NCBI GenBank assembly: GCA_032718475.1
Contig: JAUCBJ010008014.1
Span: 1-64,000, forward strand
From: Nemertoderma westbladi
Taxonomy: Eukaryota > Animalia > Xenacoelomorpha
DNA length: 64,000 nucleotides
Reading direction: 5' to 3'
The position numbers were made by a program, and so were the translations under genes. Position 1 is the first letter of the stretch; every line of letters begins with the position of its first letter. The notes under the pieces are model-generated. The model had not been told where the DNA came from, made no database searches, and saw nothing but the letters and a program-made list of their open reading frames with translations. Below are positions 56,201 to 64,000 of the stretch, piece by piece.

Positions 56201-59200
56201 GTGAGTTACATTGAATTATCTCCTGGATAGAACAGATCAAGTGAGTTACATTGAATTATCTCCTGGATAGAACAGATCAAGTGAGTTACATTGAACAGAT
56301 CAAGTGAGTTACATTGAATTATCTCCTGGATAGAACAGATCAAGTGAGTTACATTGAATTATCTCCTGGATAGAACAGATCAAGTGAGTTACATTGAATT
56401 ATCTCCTGGATAGAACAGATCAAGTGAGTTACATTGAATTATCTCCTGGATAGAACAGATAAAGTGAGTTACATTGAATTATCTCCTGGATAGAACAGAT
56501 CAAGTGAGTTACATTGAATTATCTCCTGGATAGAACAGATCAAGTGAGTTACATTGAATTATCTCCTGGATAGAACAGATCAAGTGAGTTACATTGAATT
56601 ATCTCCTGGATAGAACAGATCAAGTGAGTTACATTGAACAGATCAAGTGAGTTACATTGAATTATCTCCTGGATAGAACAGATCAAGTGAGTTACATTGA
56701 ACAGATCAAGTGAGTTACATTGAATTATCTCCTGGATAGAACAGATCAAGTGAGTTACATTGAATTATCTCCTGGATAGAACAGATCAAGTGAGTTACAT
56801 TGAATTATCTCCTGGATAGAACAGATCAAGTGAGTTACATTGAATTATCTCCTGGATAGAACAGATCAAGTGAGTTACATTGAACAGATCAAGTGAGTTA
56901 CATTGAATTATCTCCTGGATAGAACAGATCAAATGAGTTACATTGAATTATCTCCTGGATAGAACAGATCAAGTGAGTTACATTGAATTATCTCCTGGAT
57001 AGAACAGATCAAGTGAGTTACATTGAATTATCTCCTGGATAGAACAGATCAAGTGAGTTACATTGAATTATCTCCTGGATAGAACAGATCAAGTGAGTTA
57101 CATTGAATTATCTCCTGGATAGAACAGATCAAGTGAGTTACATTGAATTATCTCCTGGAATGTTTTAATTCAGGTACATATCGCCAAATATGTAAAAACA
57201 AGACAATATAAACATAACAATTTCGTGTAGAAATAGCTGAGATATCGTCGTTGGGAAGCTGCATGATTTAGACTGCGAGGCTATTTAATTGCTAAACCAC
57301 ATCGTAATAAACCCCCGCAACTCATCATGGGTTGATATTCTGAGGATTTGTAAATATTGTCTCTCACTAGCATCGCGTTGTATTTATTGTCTTGGAAATC
57401 ATTTTTTCAATATTCACCATTTCGTTAGTAATACAGTACAATAAACCCAATAACATTCAACGCTATTGCTGCTGGAAAAATATTCTTTTTGTGATTTCAA
57501 CCACACCTACAAACACCTACACAATTTAATTATAAATAGAGATGTTTATGATATTAATATTAATATTATTGCATTTGTGTTTAACATCCATAGATTGTAT
57601 AAATCATTAAGTAATTAAACAGGACTAAGGATGAACCAACTCCGTGGTGTAGGTGTTAGCATACCTGAACGTTTATCGGGAGACGCGGGTTCGATCCCCG
57701 CTGGTGGCGAATTCATTTTTTCCGCTCCATTTGCTATAGAGTTGGATCATCCTTAGTCCTGTTTAATTACTTAATAAAATATTAATATTAATATTATATT
57801 ATAATATTATTTTATGCATTTTATTTTATTTATTTTATTTTATTTTTCATATTTTATGTCTGCACTTTTAGCTTTAGGTGCGTTTTTCGATATTAACTTT
57901 TCTGTTTTTGTGTTGTAGGGGAGGCGTTTGGAGTTTATGCGTTATTGTTCCAGTTTTCGGAGTCTCTTGGGTGATCGGTGTTTTTGCTGTAACTGAAGAG
58001 GCAGTCGTGTTACAATATTTATTCAATATATTAATCTCGACTCAGGTTAGTGAAATTATATATTTGGGTTTCTTATTGCACCATCAGCTCGGGTTAGCCG
58101 ACCTCTAATCCGAATGTCTCTAATTATTATCATTTTCGCTCGGTTCAGTTTAGTAAATTAAGCAATGACGTCCAGGTGGGATCGAACTGGTGACCTCCGG
58201 GTTGCTCTAACCATTCAGCTAACGGCTCAGGTAAAAGATAGACCCGGAAATACTATCTGATACCTTGTATGTCCGCAATTGACCTCCTCATTGCCTCCCA
58301 TCTGCCAATGCCATCATATGCTGCCACTGTGCTCAACCCTACAGTACTTGGCCGTCTTTAACCAACCGTCTACAATGAAAGGATAGTGTGTATATTAACC
58401 ATGAACCATCTCGGTCATTTGATTCATTCTACCCTTTCATTGTAGCGAGTGGTTAAAGGCGGCCAAGTACTGTAGGATTGAGCCCAGTGGCAGCATATGA
58501 TGGTATTGACAGATAGGAGGCCATGAGGAGGTAAATTGCGGACATACAAGGTATCAGATAGTATTTCCGGGTCTATCTTTTACCTGAGCCGTTAGCTGAA
58601 TGGTTATACCAACCCGGACCAGTTCGATCCCACCTGGACGTCATTGTCGAATTCGCTAAACTGCGCCCAACGAATATTATAGTAATATCTAATATAAAAC
58701 CACTAATTTTGCCTTAAATACCTCTAATATCCCATTTCCTGTAAACAACATAACAAGAAAATGGTATTTTAAGTTTCGCCATTTTGTTTAACACAATGAA
58801 ATATTAGAGTAAAATCACTAGTAACTACTTATGAAACGCGACCATTTCGTACATGTTCAGTATGTTACGGATTAACGTTAGGTTATTAACTGTTCATTCA
58901 CTCTGGTTGAATTCAACTACTCCAATGATACGATTACAAATTGATTTAAGTCTCAAACATTTTGTTTTATTAAATTGTCTGTCAATAGTATTATTAAATC
59001 ATGAAAAAAAAACAATAAATAGTTGCGTTACCTGCAATGATGTTATTATTCTGTGGCGCGGATTACCATAATGCGGCTATTATTATTATGTAACACATAT
59101 AATGTGGCAACGAATATCGCTACATCAACATTTACAATAAATAATATACATAAATACAGAAAACAAATTTTGTAGATCTTTATGGACCAGTTTTCTGGGA

Positions 59201-61802
59201 ATTTATCAGACTCGTAGTTATTGTCGGACAGACTAACTCGACTATTCTCGAACTAACACACGTCACCAACTCGACTATTCTCGAACTAACTCACGTCACC
59301 AACTCGACTATTCTCGAACTAACTCACGTCACTAACTCGACTATTCTCGACCTAACTCACGTCACTAACTCGACTATTCTCGATCTAACTCACGTCACTA
59401 ACTCGAATATTGTTCAATAAACTACAATTAGTTAACTATTTTCTTAAACAATAATTTACTATGTTCTCTTTTTGTATTTCAGGGAGTTTTTATATTTATT
59501 TTTCATTGTCTCATGGCGAAACCTGTGCGAGACGCGTTGCGGAGGAAAGGATACTTAGCGAAAGGGATTAGAGGACCTCGATCTGGTACAAGTAGTGCGG
59601 TAAGTAATAGAAAGGATTAGAAGCAACAGATCTGGTACAAGCGGTGCGGTAAGTAATAGAAAGGATTAGAGGCAACAGATCTGGTACAAGCAGTGCGGTA
59701 AGTAATAGAAAGGATTAGAGGCAACAGATCTGGTACAAGCAGTGCGGTAAGTAATAGAAAGGATTAGAGGCAACAGATCTGGTACAAGCAGTGCGGTAAG
59801 TAATAGAAAGGATTAGAGGCAACAGATCTGGTACAAGCAGTGCGGTAAGTAATAGAAAGGATTAGAGGCAACAGATCTGGTACAAGTAGTGCGGTAAGTA
59901 ATAGAAAGGATTAGAAGCAACAGATCTGGTACAAGCGGTGCGGTAAGTAATAGAAAGGATTAGAGGCAACAGATCTGGTACAAGCAGTGCGGTAAGTAAT
60001 AGAAAGGATTAGAGGCAACAGATCTGGTACAAGCAGTGCGGTGAGTAATAGAGAGGATTAGAGGCAACAGATCTGGTACAAGCAGTGCGGTAAGTAATAG
60101 AAAGGATTAGATGCAACAGATCTGGTACAAGCAGTGCGGTAAGTAATAGAAAGGATTAGAGGCAACAGATCTGGTACAAGCGGTGCGGTAAGTAATAGAA
60201 AGGATTAGAGGCAACAGATCAGTGCGGTAAGTAATAGAAAGGATTAGAGGCAACAGATCTGGTACAAGCAGTGCGGTAACTAATAGAAAGGATTAGAGGC
60301 AACAGATCTGGTACAAGCAGTGCGGTAAGTAATAGAAAGGATTAGAGGCAACAGATCTGGTACAAGCAGTGCGGTAAGTAATAGAAAGGATTAGAGGCCC
60401 TCGATCTGGTACAAGTAGTGCGGTAAGTAATAGAAAGGATTAGAGGCAACAGATCTGGTACGAGCAGTGCGGTAAGTAATAGAAAGGATTAGAGGCAACA
60501 GATCTGGTACAAGCAGTGCGGTAAGTAATAGAGAGGATTAGATGCAACAGATCTGGTGCAAGCAGTGTGGTAAGTAATAGAAAGGATTAGAGGCTACAGA
60601 TCTGGTACAAGCAGTGCGGTAAGTAATAGAAAGGATTAGAGGCAACAGATCTGGTACAAGCAGTGCGGTAAGTAATAGAAAGGATTAGAGGCAACAGATC
60701 TGGTACAAGCAGTGCGGTAAGTAATAGAAAGGATTAGAGGCAACAGATCTGGTACAAGTAGTGCAGTAAGTAATAGAAAGGATTAGAGGCAACAGATCTG
60801 GTACAAGTAGTGCAGTAAGTAATAGAAAGGATTAGAGGCAACAGATCTGGTACAAGCAGTGCGGTAAGTAATAGAAAGGATTAGAGGCAACAGATCTGGT
60901 ACAAGCAGTGCGGTAAGTAATAGAAAGGATTAGAGGCAACAGATCTGGTACAAACAGGGCGGTAAGTAATAGAAAGGATTAGAGGCAACAGATCTGGTAC
61001 AAGCAGTGCTGTAAGCTGATTAGAAATATGGAACAAATTATAATTTTGAATGGGAGAGTCTTTAATGCTCATCAATCCAACGAATACCTGTTCGCATCAT
61101 AAACAGAAAGGAGACACAGCAAGACTCGCCTCAGTCTGCTGGAATCAATTACTGGGCTGATTTACATGCTAATAAACTCCTCCCTGCTTACTGTATAGTT
61201 GTCACATAGGAGTAGGCCAGAACCAAAGTTCGGCTAACAGATACACTTTGCTGTGTGACAATACCGCATGGCAGCTTTGTGAGAGCGCAATGGTGACCTA
61301 TTACATAGGGTTTGGGTTACAGCGCTCCGAAAACACGGAGGGCGCTGTTAAAGAGAAGTCAAAACGTGACGAAAATCCGCCGTGCTGTCACTGCGAATGT
61401 AAATATGTGAACCGGGATTAAGATAAAAGTTTATTTCATTAGATTTTTTAAATGTTTTTAATTTAATTAAAGTTTAATTGATTCGAATAGGCCGATCCCC
61501 CGACGTTGTCTACCACGGCTCGGAAGAGTTCGGCATTCCCGTCGTCTTCATCCAATCCCGATTCGATGACGAAGAAATACAGTAAAAGTAATTGGTCCAA
61601 TCACAAGATCGAGTTGAATACGAGATCCCCGACTCCTCCAATGAACGCTGCCGGTGATTCGAACTCAATCAAGCCGTTGATAGAGATCCAACCAGCTGTT
61701 ATCGCAACCACTGGGGTCAAACAGCAGTTAGATATTGACGAATTAGCTGATAGTTCAGGTAGAAATAAACATGATCTACTACTGGAAACAACTAATACTT
61801 AA
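26689..61802 (+). CDS. Adhesion GPCR (class B2, latrophilin/ADGRD-like), spliced, 5'-incomplete: exons 26689-26814, 27174-27358, 27925-28031, 35622-35779, 40089-40195, 45158-45263, 53673-53914, 56025-56177, 57919-58045, 59483-59599, 61491-61802
   Basis: Manual splicing gives one open 1740-nt frame with GT-AG introns and consistent phases (0,2,1,0,2,0,2,2,0,0). It encodes GAIN-B strands, GPS CVYW..W..C.SDHL/TNFAVLM and 7TM motifs NLC, LLHYFFLSVFTWMLNEG, GWGAP, CWL, AFIGP, FGVSW and STQGVFIFIFHC. Confidence 0.92.
26935..27083. mobile_element. Degenerate palindromic MITE-like element
   Basis: tgcaaag...cagcgtta.agaccc..gtttatttatgta pairs with tacataaataaac.cgggtc.taacgctg...ctttgca. Confidence 0.6.
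27174..27358 (+). CDS. aGPCR exon, GAIN domain (VIIVYKL...VNIPASVIS...VTVVGSFFPTL)
   Basis: tttctatatag acceptor, open frame, aaag|gttata donor, GAIN-B-like pattern. Confidence 0.8.
27925..28031 (+). CDS. aGPCR exon, GAIN domain (NETVATKVISLTIDPPPNTPLEDPISYRLELL)
   Basis: tttag acceptor and aaag|gtaagt donor. Resembles the GAIN pattern V.S.VIS.....L..PV...L. Confidence 0.85.
28628..35547. repeat. 62-bp minisatellite, ~111 apparently identical copies
   Basis: Unit gacctcccgaccactcccaccgttgaactgatgtatcctattggtagtggccgatatattcg. No variant seen by eye. Confidence 0.98.
35622..35779 (+). CDS. aGPCR exon encoding GPS autoproteolysis site and Stachel (MCVYWDPSNSSWSPKGL...CQSDHL/TNFAVLM)
   Basis: ttttag acceptor, gag|gtaagt donor, canonical HL/T cleavage triad and TNFAVLM tethered agonist. 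Confidence 0.95.
36303..37088 (-). CDS. Intronless nested gene: PPPDE/LRAT-like permuted papain-fold (NlpC/P60) protein with two C-terminal TM helices, 261 aa
   Basis: ATG in good context (GCTATGG). THWALII (catalytic His strand) precedes Y.LINRNCQEW (NC catalytic Cys). Two hydrophobic segments lie near the C-terminus. Confidence 0.8.
   Translation of the reverse strand: MANAEVETQIVVEKLSDQMQIKSFYITGKVLDATIKSTRSSRPSKPADQLNAQLMKEPTPLTHWALIIYCHDSKEVIRAELGKSGFRIKAFWNELGQGTDKIPDDAIKIVEIKVTLDQVRDAVMNNDVNGRLYRLINRNCQEWVMEVATCLGFAEAVENAGVTTIGTKLTPKQRTVLTIMVIIFIIHLMSSVGFIIGSVYDTTNNYLFPMGIGTMSVSGVGMIIICMGTFFNIYSKNRDRNISKERLAKNRIKENYNTIDV
38052..38702 (-). mobile_element. 5'-truncated CR1/L2-clade LINE 3' end
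   Basis: The - strand reads QRSLSFRGPVIWNSVPLDIRSKKSKNKFSSALK, a typical ORF2 C-terminus, then a 3' UTR and an (AAT)n-like tail at ~38052-38091. Confidence 0.75.
38798..39513 (+). mobile_element. 5'-truncated RTE-clade LINE (RT thumb/C-terminus) with (TAG)n tail
   Basis: KTKML...VDDFCYLGSWI...RKGKAWAALNRLSRIWKS...KVRLFRAAVVPVLLYGS..W...LRFAGHC, with tail tactagtagtag. Flanked on both sides by gtggtccataaac. Confidence 0.9.
39791..39894. repeat. 29-bp tandem repeat (~3.5 copies)
   Basis: Unit aaagtaaatcctatgaaagtagatccgga. Confidence 0.9.
40089..40195 (+). CDS. aGPCR exon, TM1 (HEFILRVLGLIGGSLSLIGLVLTIITYLLVW)
   Basis: ttttacag acceptor, ag|gtttg donor, typical TM1 pattern IG.SLS..GL.LTI.TY. 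Confidence 0.92.
40597..45187 (+). repeat. 51-bp array (~90 copies) of the TM2-exon 3' splice junction
   Basis: Unit ttgttctactattgtctgtttattttAG|attactatcgtttgaacgtagct. The last copy runs into the exon. Confidence 0.97.
45158..45263 (+). CDS. aGPCR exon, ICL1-TM2 (LLSFERSFVLINLCFALFVAILLFLIGVEGHGFLN)
   Basis: The acceptor is the last copy of the 51-bp array. aat|gttagt donor; NLC..L...L.FL.G motif. Confidence 0.88.
45289..53698 (+). repeat. 45-bp array (~187 copies) of the TM3-exon 3' splice junction
   Basis: Unit tctactttattccttacAG|gattctggttgcccttctgtaacagt. The last copy is the true acceptor and exon start. Confidence 0.97.
53673..53914 (+). CDS. aGPCR exon, TM3-TM4 (DSGCTAVAVLLHYFFLSVFTWMLNEG...GIGWGAPLLVVGIS)
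   Basis: The acceptor is the last copy of the 45-bp array. at|gtaagt donor; hallmark class B TM3/TM4 motifs. Confidence 0.95.
53996..55935. repeat. 43-bp AT-rich intronic minisatellite (~45 copies)
   Basis: Unit ttattttctactttatatacctcaaca(g/t)taggtttagtttagt. Confidence 0.96.
56025..56177 (+). CDS. aGPCR exon, ECL2-TM5 (CWLDPSVGVLYAFIGPAVAIAVANMVVIVIVL)
   Basis: tttccag acceptor and aa|gtgagt donor (first copy of the 40-bp array). CWL and AFIGP motifs. Confidence 0.95.
56163..57159 (+). repeat. 40-bp (and 23-bp) array of the TM5-exon 5' splice junction (~27 donors)
   Basis: Unit gatagaacagatcaa|GTGAGTtacattgaattatctcctg. The first copy is the exon end. Confidence 0.96.
57606..57775. mobile_element. 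170-bp MITE with 37-bp TIRs enclosing a tRNA-like Pol III cassette
   Basis: TIRs at 57606-57642 and 57739-57775 (1 mismatch). Inside are an A box TGGTGTAGGTG, a T-arm GCGGG-TTCGATC-CCCGC and T6 at 57716-57721. Confidence 0.8.
57919..58045 (+). CDS. aGPCR exon, TM6-TM7 (VWSLCVIVPVFGVSWVIGVF...LQYLFNILISTQ)
   Basis: tgttgtag acceptor, cag|gttagt donor, P.FG.SW and YLF..L.S.Q motifs. Confidence 0.93.
58123..58686. mobile_element. Foldback/palindromic element (~220-bp arms) with outward-facing tRNA-like heads
   Basis: 58163-58386 is the reverse complement of 58429-58646 around a ~42-nt loop. Each arm has TAGCTGAATGG...AGTTCGATCCC. Confidence 0.85.
59232..59406. repeat. 33-bp tandem repeat (~5 copies) rich in ACTAAC
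   Basis: Unit actaactcgactattctcgaactaactcacgtc. Confidence 0.9.
59483..59599 (+). CDS. aGPCR exon, end of TM7 and helix 8 (GVFIFIFHCLMAKPVRDALRRK)
   Basis: tttcag acceptor and gcg|gtaagt donor (first copy of the 49-bp array). QG.FIF.FHC motif. Confidence 0.95.
59560..61015 (+). repeat. 49-bp array (~30 copies) of the TM7/H8-exon 5' splice junction
   Basis: Unit gaaaggattagaggcaacagatctggtacaagcagtgcg|GTAAGTaata. The first copy is the exon end. Confidence 0.96.
61491..61802 (+). CDS. aGPCR probable terminal exon, Ser/Thr/Pro-rich cytoplasmic tail
   Basis: aatag acceptor in phase 0, open to TAA at 61800-61802, AATAAA at 62039. An internal cag|gtagaa donor is possible. Confidence 0.7.
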   Translation, partial: ADPPTLSTTARKSSAFPSSSSNPDSMTKKYSKSNWSNHKIELNTRSPTPPMNAAGDSNSIKPLIEIQPAVIATTGVKQQLDIDELADSSGRNKHDLLLETTNT

Positions 61803-62837
61803 TTGTTTACTTTTTGTGTTTTGTTAGTAAATTTGTAGTTGCTTAACATTAATCTTTAAGATTTATTACTAATTGGTTTTGTTGAAAACGGCTTAGCGAA
61901 AGTCGCCAGTTTTTATTTGGAGGTTTTTTTGAGACGTTTTTTCTTCTTTTTTTCAGACGGGTAAACTGACCCAAATAACGTCCCACATATTACCTGAGCC
62001 AATTAATACCGATTGAATATTAACATTTATCTCTTCAAAATAAAAAGTTTGTGGAACAAAATACAATTTCAAACTGTTAAATATCGAAGTTACGATTTCT
62101 TCTGGAATCCATTTTTTTCATACAGATAACGTTATGTCATTCAATTATTTTTACTCCGTTTTTATTGAACGTTTTTTTGGGACAGTTTCTTGTCTGAAAA
62201 AAGTGGAAAATCGATCCGTTATTGTTTGAGTTATAAAATGTTACATCGTATTTTTTTTTGTTAATATTTTAATTATAATTTATTCGTTAAACTAATTTTG
62301 ACGTAATTATTTATACAACTTAATGCCGGTATATATAATATTAACTATATAATATGCAATCAGTTCAAAACATCTCGTTTTATTATGTTACTCCATTGTA
62401 TTATAGCAGTTCCCGTTACTCACAATAAACCTTGCTGAACGTTTTAGGTAAATCTTTCTCATTTCGTGGTCCGGATAAATATAATATAAATTGTGCATTA
62501 ACAGCTCGAAGTGCCTTCGCGAGGCACGTGAAATAAATTAATGTTAATTGTCAACTCGAAAAAGTTATAAGCAAAATATAAGCAGATTTCTCCTAATCAC
62601 TTTTACTCCCTAGCGGCAGACTGAGTAACTGCAGACGGTTTAATAAAACCTCAGTCTGAGCTCAGTTGAGGGGCGGAACAAATATCAGCTGATATAAAGG
62701 TAAAGGTAAAAGGTGTACGGACAAATTTAAATGCGTACGGTCAATTCCGACCGGGGCAATTCCGACCCACACAATTCCGAATTACAAATATAAAACTGTA
62801 TCTTTCGTTTATTGTTTTGGTTAGAATTACGTGTCTA

Positions 62838-63110
62838 CACTGAAAAAACACAACCGCGGTTCTAAATTAAACCAACGGTTGTACATTTTAACTTGTGGTT
62901 ATAAATTGTGAACCAGTGGTTATTTTTAAAAACCGTGGTTTGAAAATAGAAGAAATGATATGATTTTTAAACCGCCGGTTTTCGATTAAAAACCGGGGGT
63001 TATAAAATACTGTCACTCGAAATTAAATGTGCAGTCGGAGTATGGATTTAAACCGCTGGTTTTCTAAACACAAACCGGAGGTTATAAAATACTGTCATTC
63101 GAAATTAAGT
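62838..63110 (+). mobile_element. Possible left end of a CACTA/EnSpm-like DNA transposon
   Basis: TA-CACTGAAAAAA terminus followed by clustered AACC..GGTT subterminal motifs and an ~80-bp duplication. The other end is not in the window. Confidence 0.35.
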
Positions 63111-63814
63111 ATAATAGTATTAAGTCTATATAGAACGCCATGATGTCATACCACATTCCCCTCGAGCCAGTATTTTGAAAATTCAATATCCCGCCACCTC
63201 AGCCATGCCATAATGACCAGCTTGTGTGCATACCAGCATAGCGCAGTAGGACAGCAGCACAGTCCTTATTGTTCTGCTGTACAGGCCGCAGGTCGGGCCT
63301 ACACAGTACTGCAGTACCAATTGCGTTTCCGGTTTGTGTTTAGCCAGTGCTGCGCGGCAGTACAGCAGTAGGCCTAACTGGTCTGGCATGGTACTAGTAG
63401 GTTAGGTCTATATTTATTATTGAGGCGTTTTTTGTGTTTTTGGAACCACCATTCCGTTGCCATGTTTGTTAACCCATTTTGACAGAATGCTGTACCTGTA
63501 CGCGGTACCGGTACTGTAAATGTCATACCTTAACTGTTATTACTATCGCATACCGGTATGCTCCTAGGGTGGAGTGAAAAAAACTCTTTTTTTCAAATGA
63601 AGTTGGAAATGAAGAAAGTACGTGAAACGGAAAATATGGAAACAAACCTTCTTGAGAAAGCGGTCAGTTTGGGCGAGGAGGGTGCCACTACCACTACTAA
63701 GAAACGAAATATAACGACAAATAAAAACACAAATAAACGCGCCCGACACCATGCCTTTGTTATAGACGAAGCTGTCAGGCTGTCGAAGTTCTCGAAAGTG
63801 ACGAAAGTGAGGAG

Positions 63815-64000
63815 ATGTCCGGTGATGAGGGTGAATCATCTGGAATTGATACCGGTAGTTTAATCGAAGCGAAAAAAGTAGGAGAATGTGTGTGGGCCAA
63901 ACTATCCAAGAAGGATATATTTTGGCCCAGCAAAGTGTGCGAACCCTATGGTAAACCGAGAAGCATTCATCGTCCCCACTGGGTATATTTTTTCGGAACC
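63815..64000 (+). CDS. Partial PWWP-domain ORF running off the window
   Basis: The frame from ATG 63815 reads MSGDEGESSGIDTGSLIEAKKVGECVWAKLSKKDIFWPSKVCEPYGKPRSIHRPHWVYFFGT, matching the PWWP pattern G..VWAK....[PW]WP..V...V.FFGT. The true start is uncertain. Confidence 0.65.
   Translation, partial: MSGDEGESSGIDTGSLIEAKKVGECVWAKLSKKDIFWPSKVCEPYGKPRSIHRPHWVYFFGT

Noticed and set aside
57635-57712. Functional tRNA gene
   Set aside because: The acceptor stem pairs poorly, the anticodon loop is non-canonical and the sequence sits inside TIRs. It is treated as tRNA-derived.
61788-61802. C-terminal PDZ-binding motif on the aGPCR
   Set aside because: The protein ends ETTNT and lacks the terminal hydrophobic residue. 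The true last exon is also not certain.
63558-63863. 101-aa ORF in the track as the right-edge gene
   Set aside because: The PWWP motif lies in a different frame (from ~63779/63815), and this ORF has no recognisable domain.

Overview
This is eukaryotic (metazoan-like, invertebrate-type) genomic DNA, about 70% of it tandem minisatellite. The backbone is a + strand adhesion GPCR gene (class B2: GAIN/GPS + 7TM). I assembled 11 exons by hand (26689-61802, 1740 nt, 579 aa, all GT-AG with matching intron phases); the N-terminal exons were not found. The standout feature is that four 7TM-region introns contain arrays built from the gene's own exon-intron junctions. Two 3' splice sites are amplified about 90x (51 bp) and about 187x (45 bp), both in frame with the exon, and two 5' splice sites are amplified about 27x (40/23 bp) and about 30x (49 bp). 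Several other arrays also carry splice-signal-like motifs. The window also holds a nested antisense intronless PPPDE/LRAT-like (permuted NlpC/P60) membrane-protein gene, a candidate antisense signal-peptide exon, RTE and CR1/L2 LINE 3' fragments, a tRNA-derived SINE, MITEs (two with tRNA-like Pol III cassettes), and a partial PWWP-domain ORF at the right edge. Most ORFs in the supplied track are translation artefacts of the repeats. Copy numbers are span/unit estimates, and no database searches were run.
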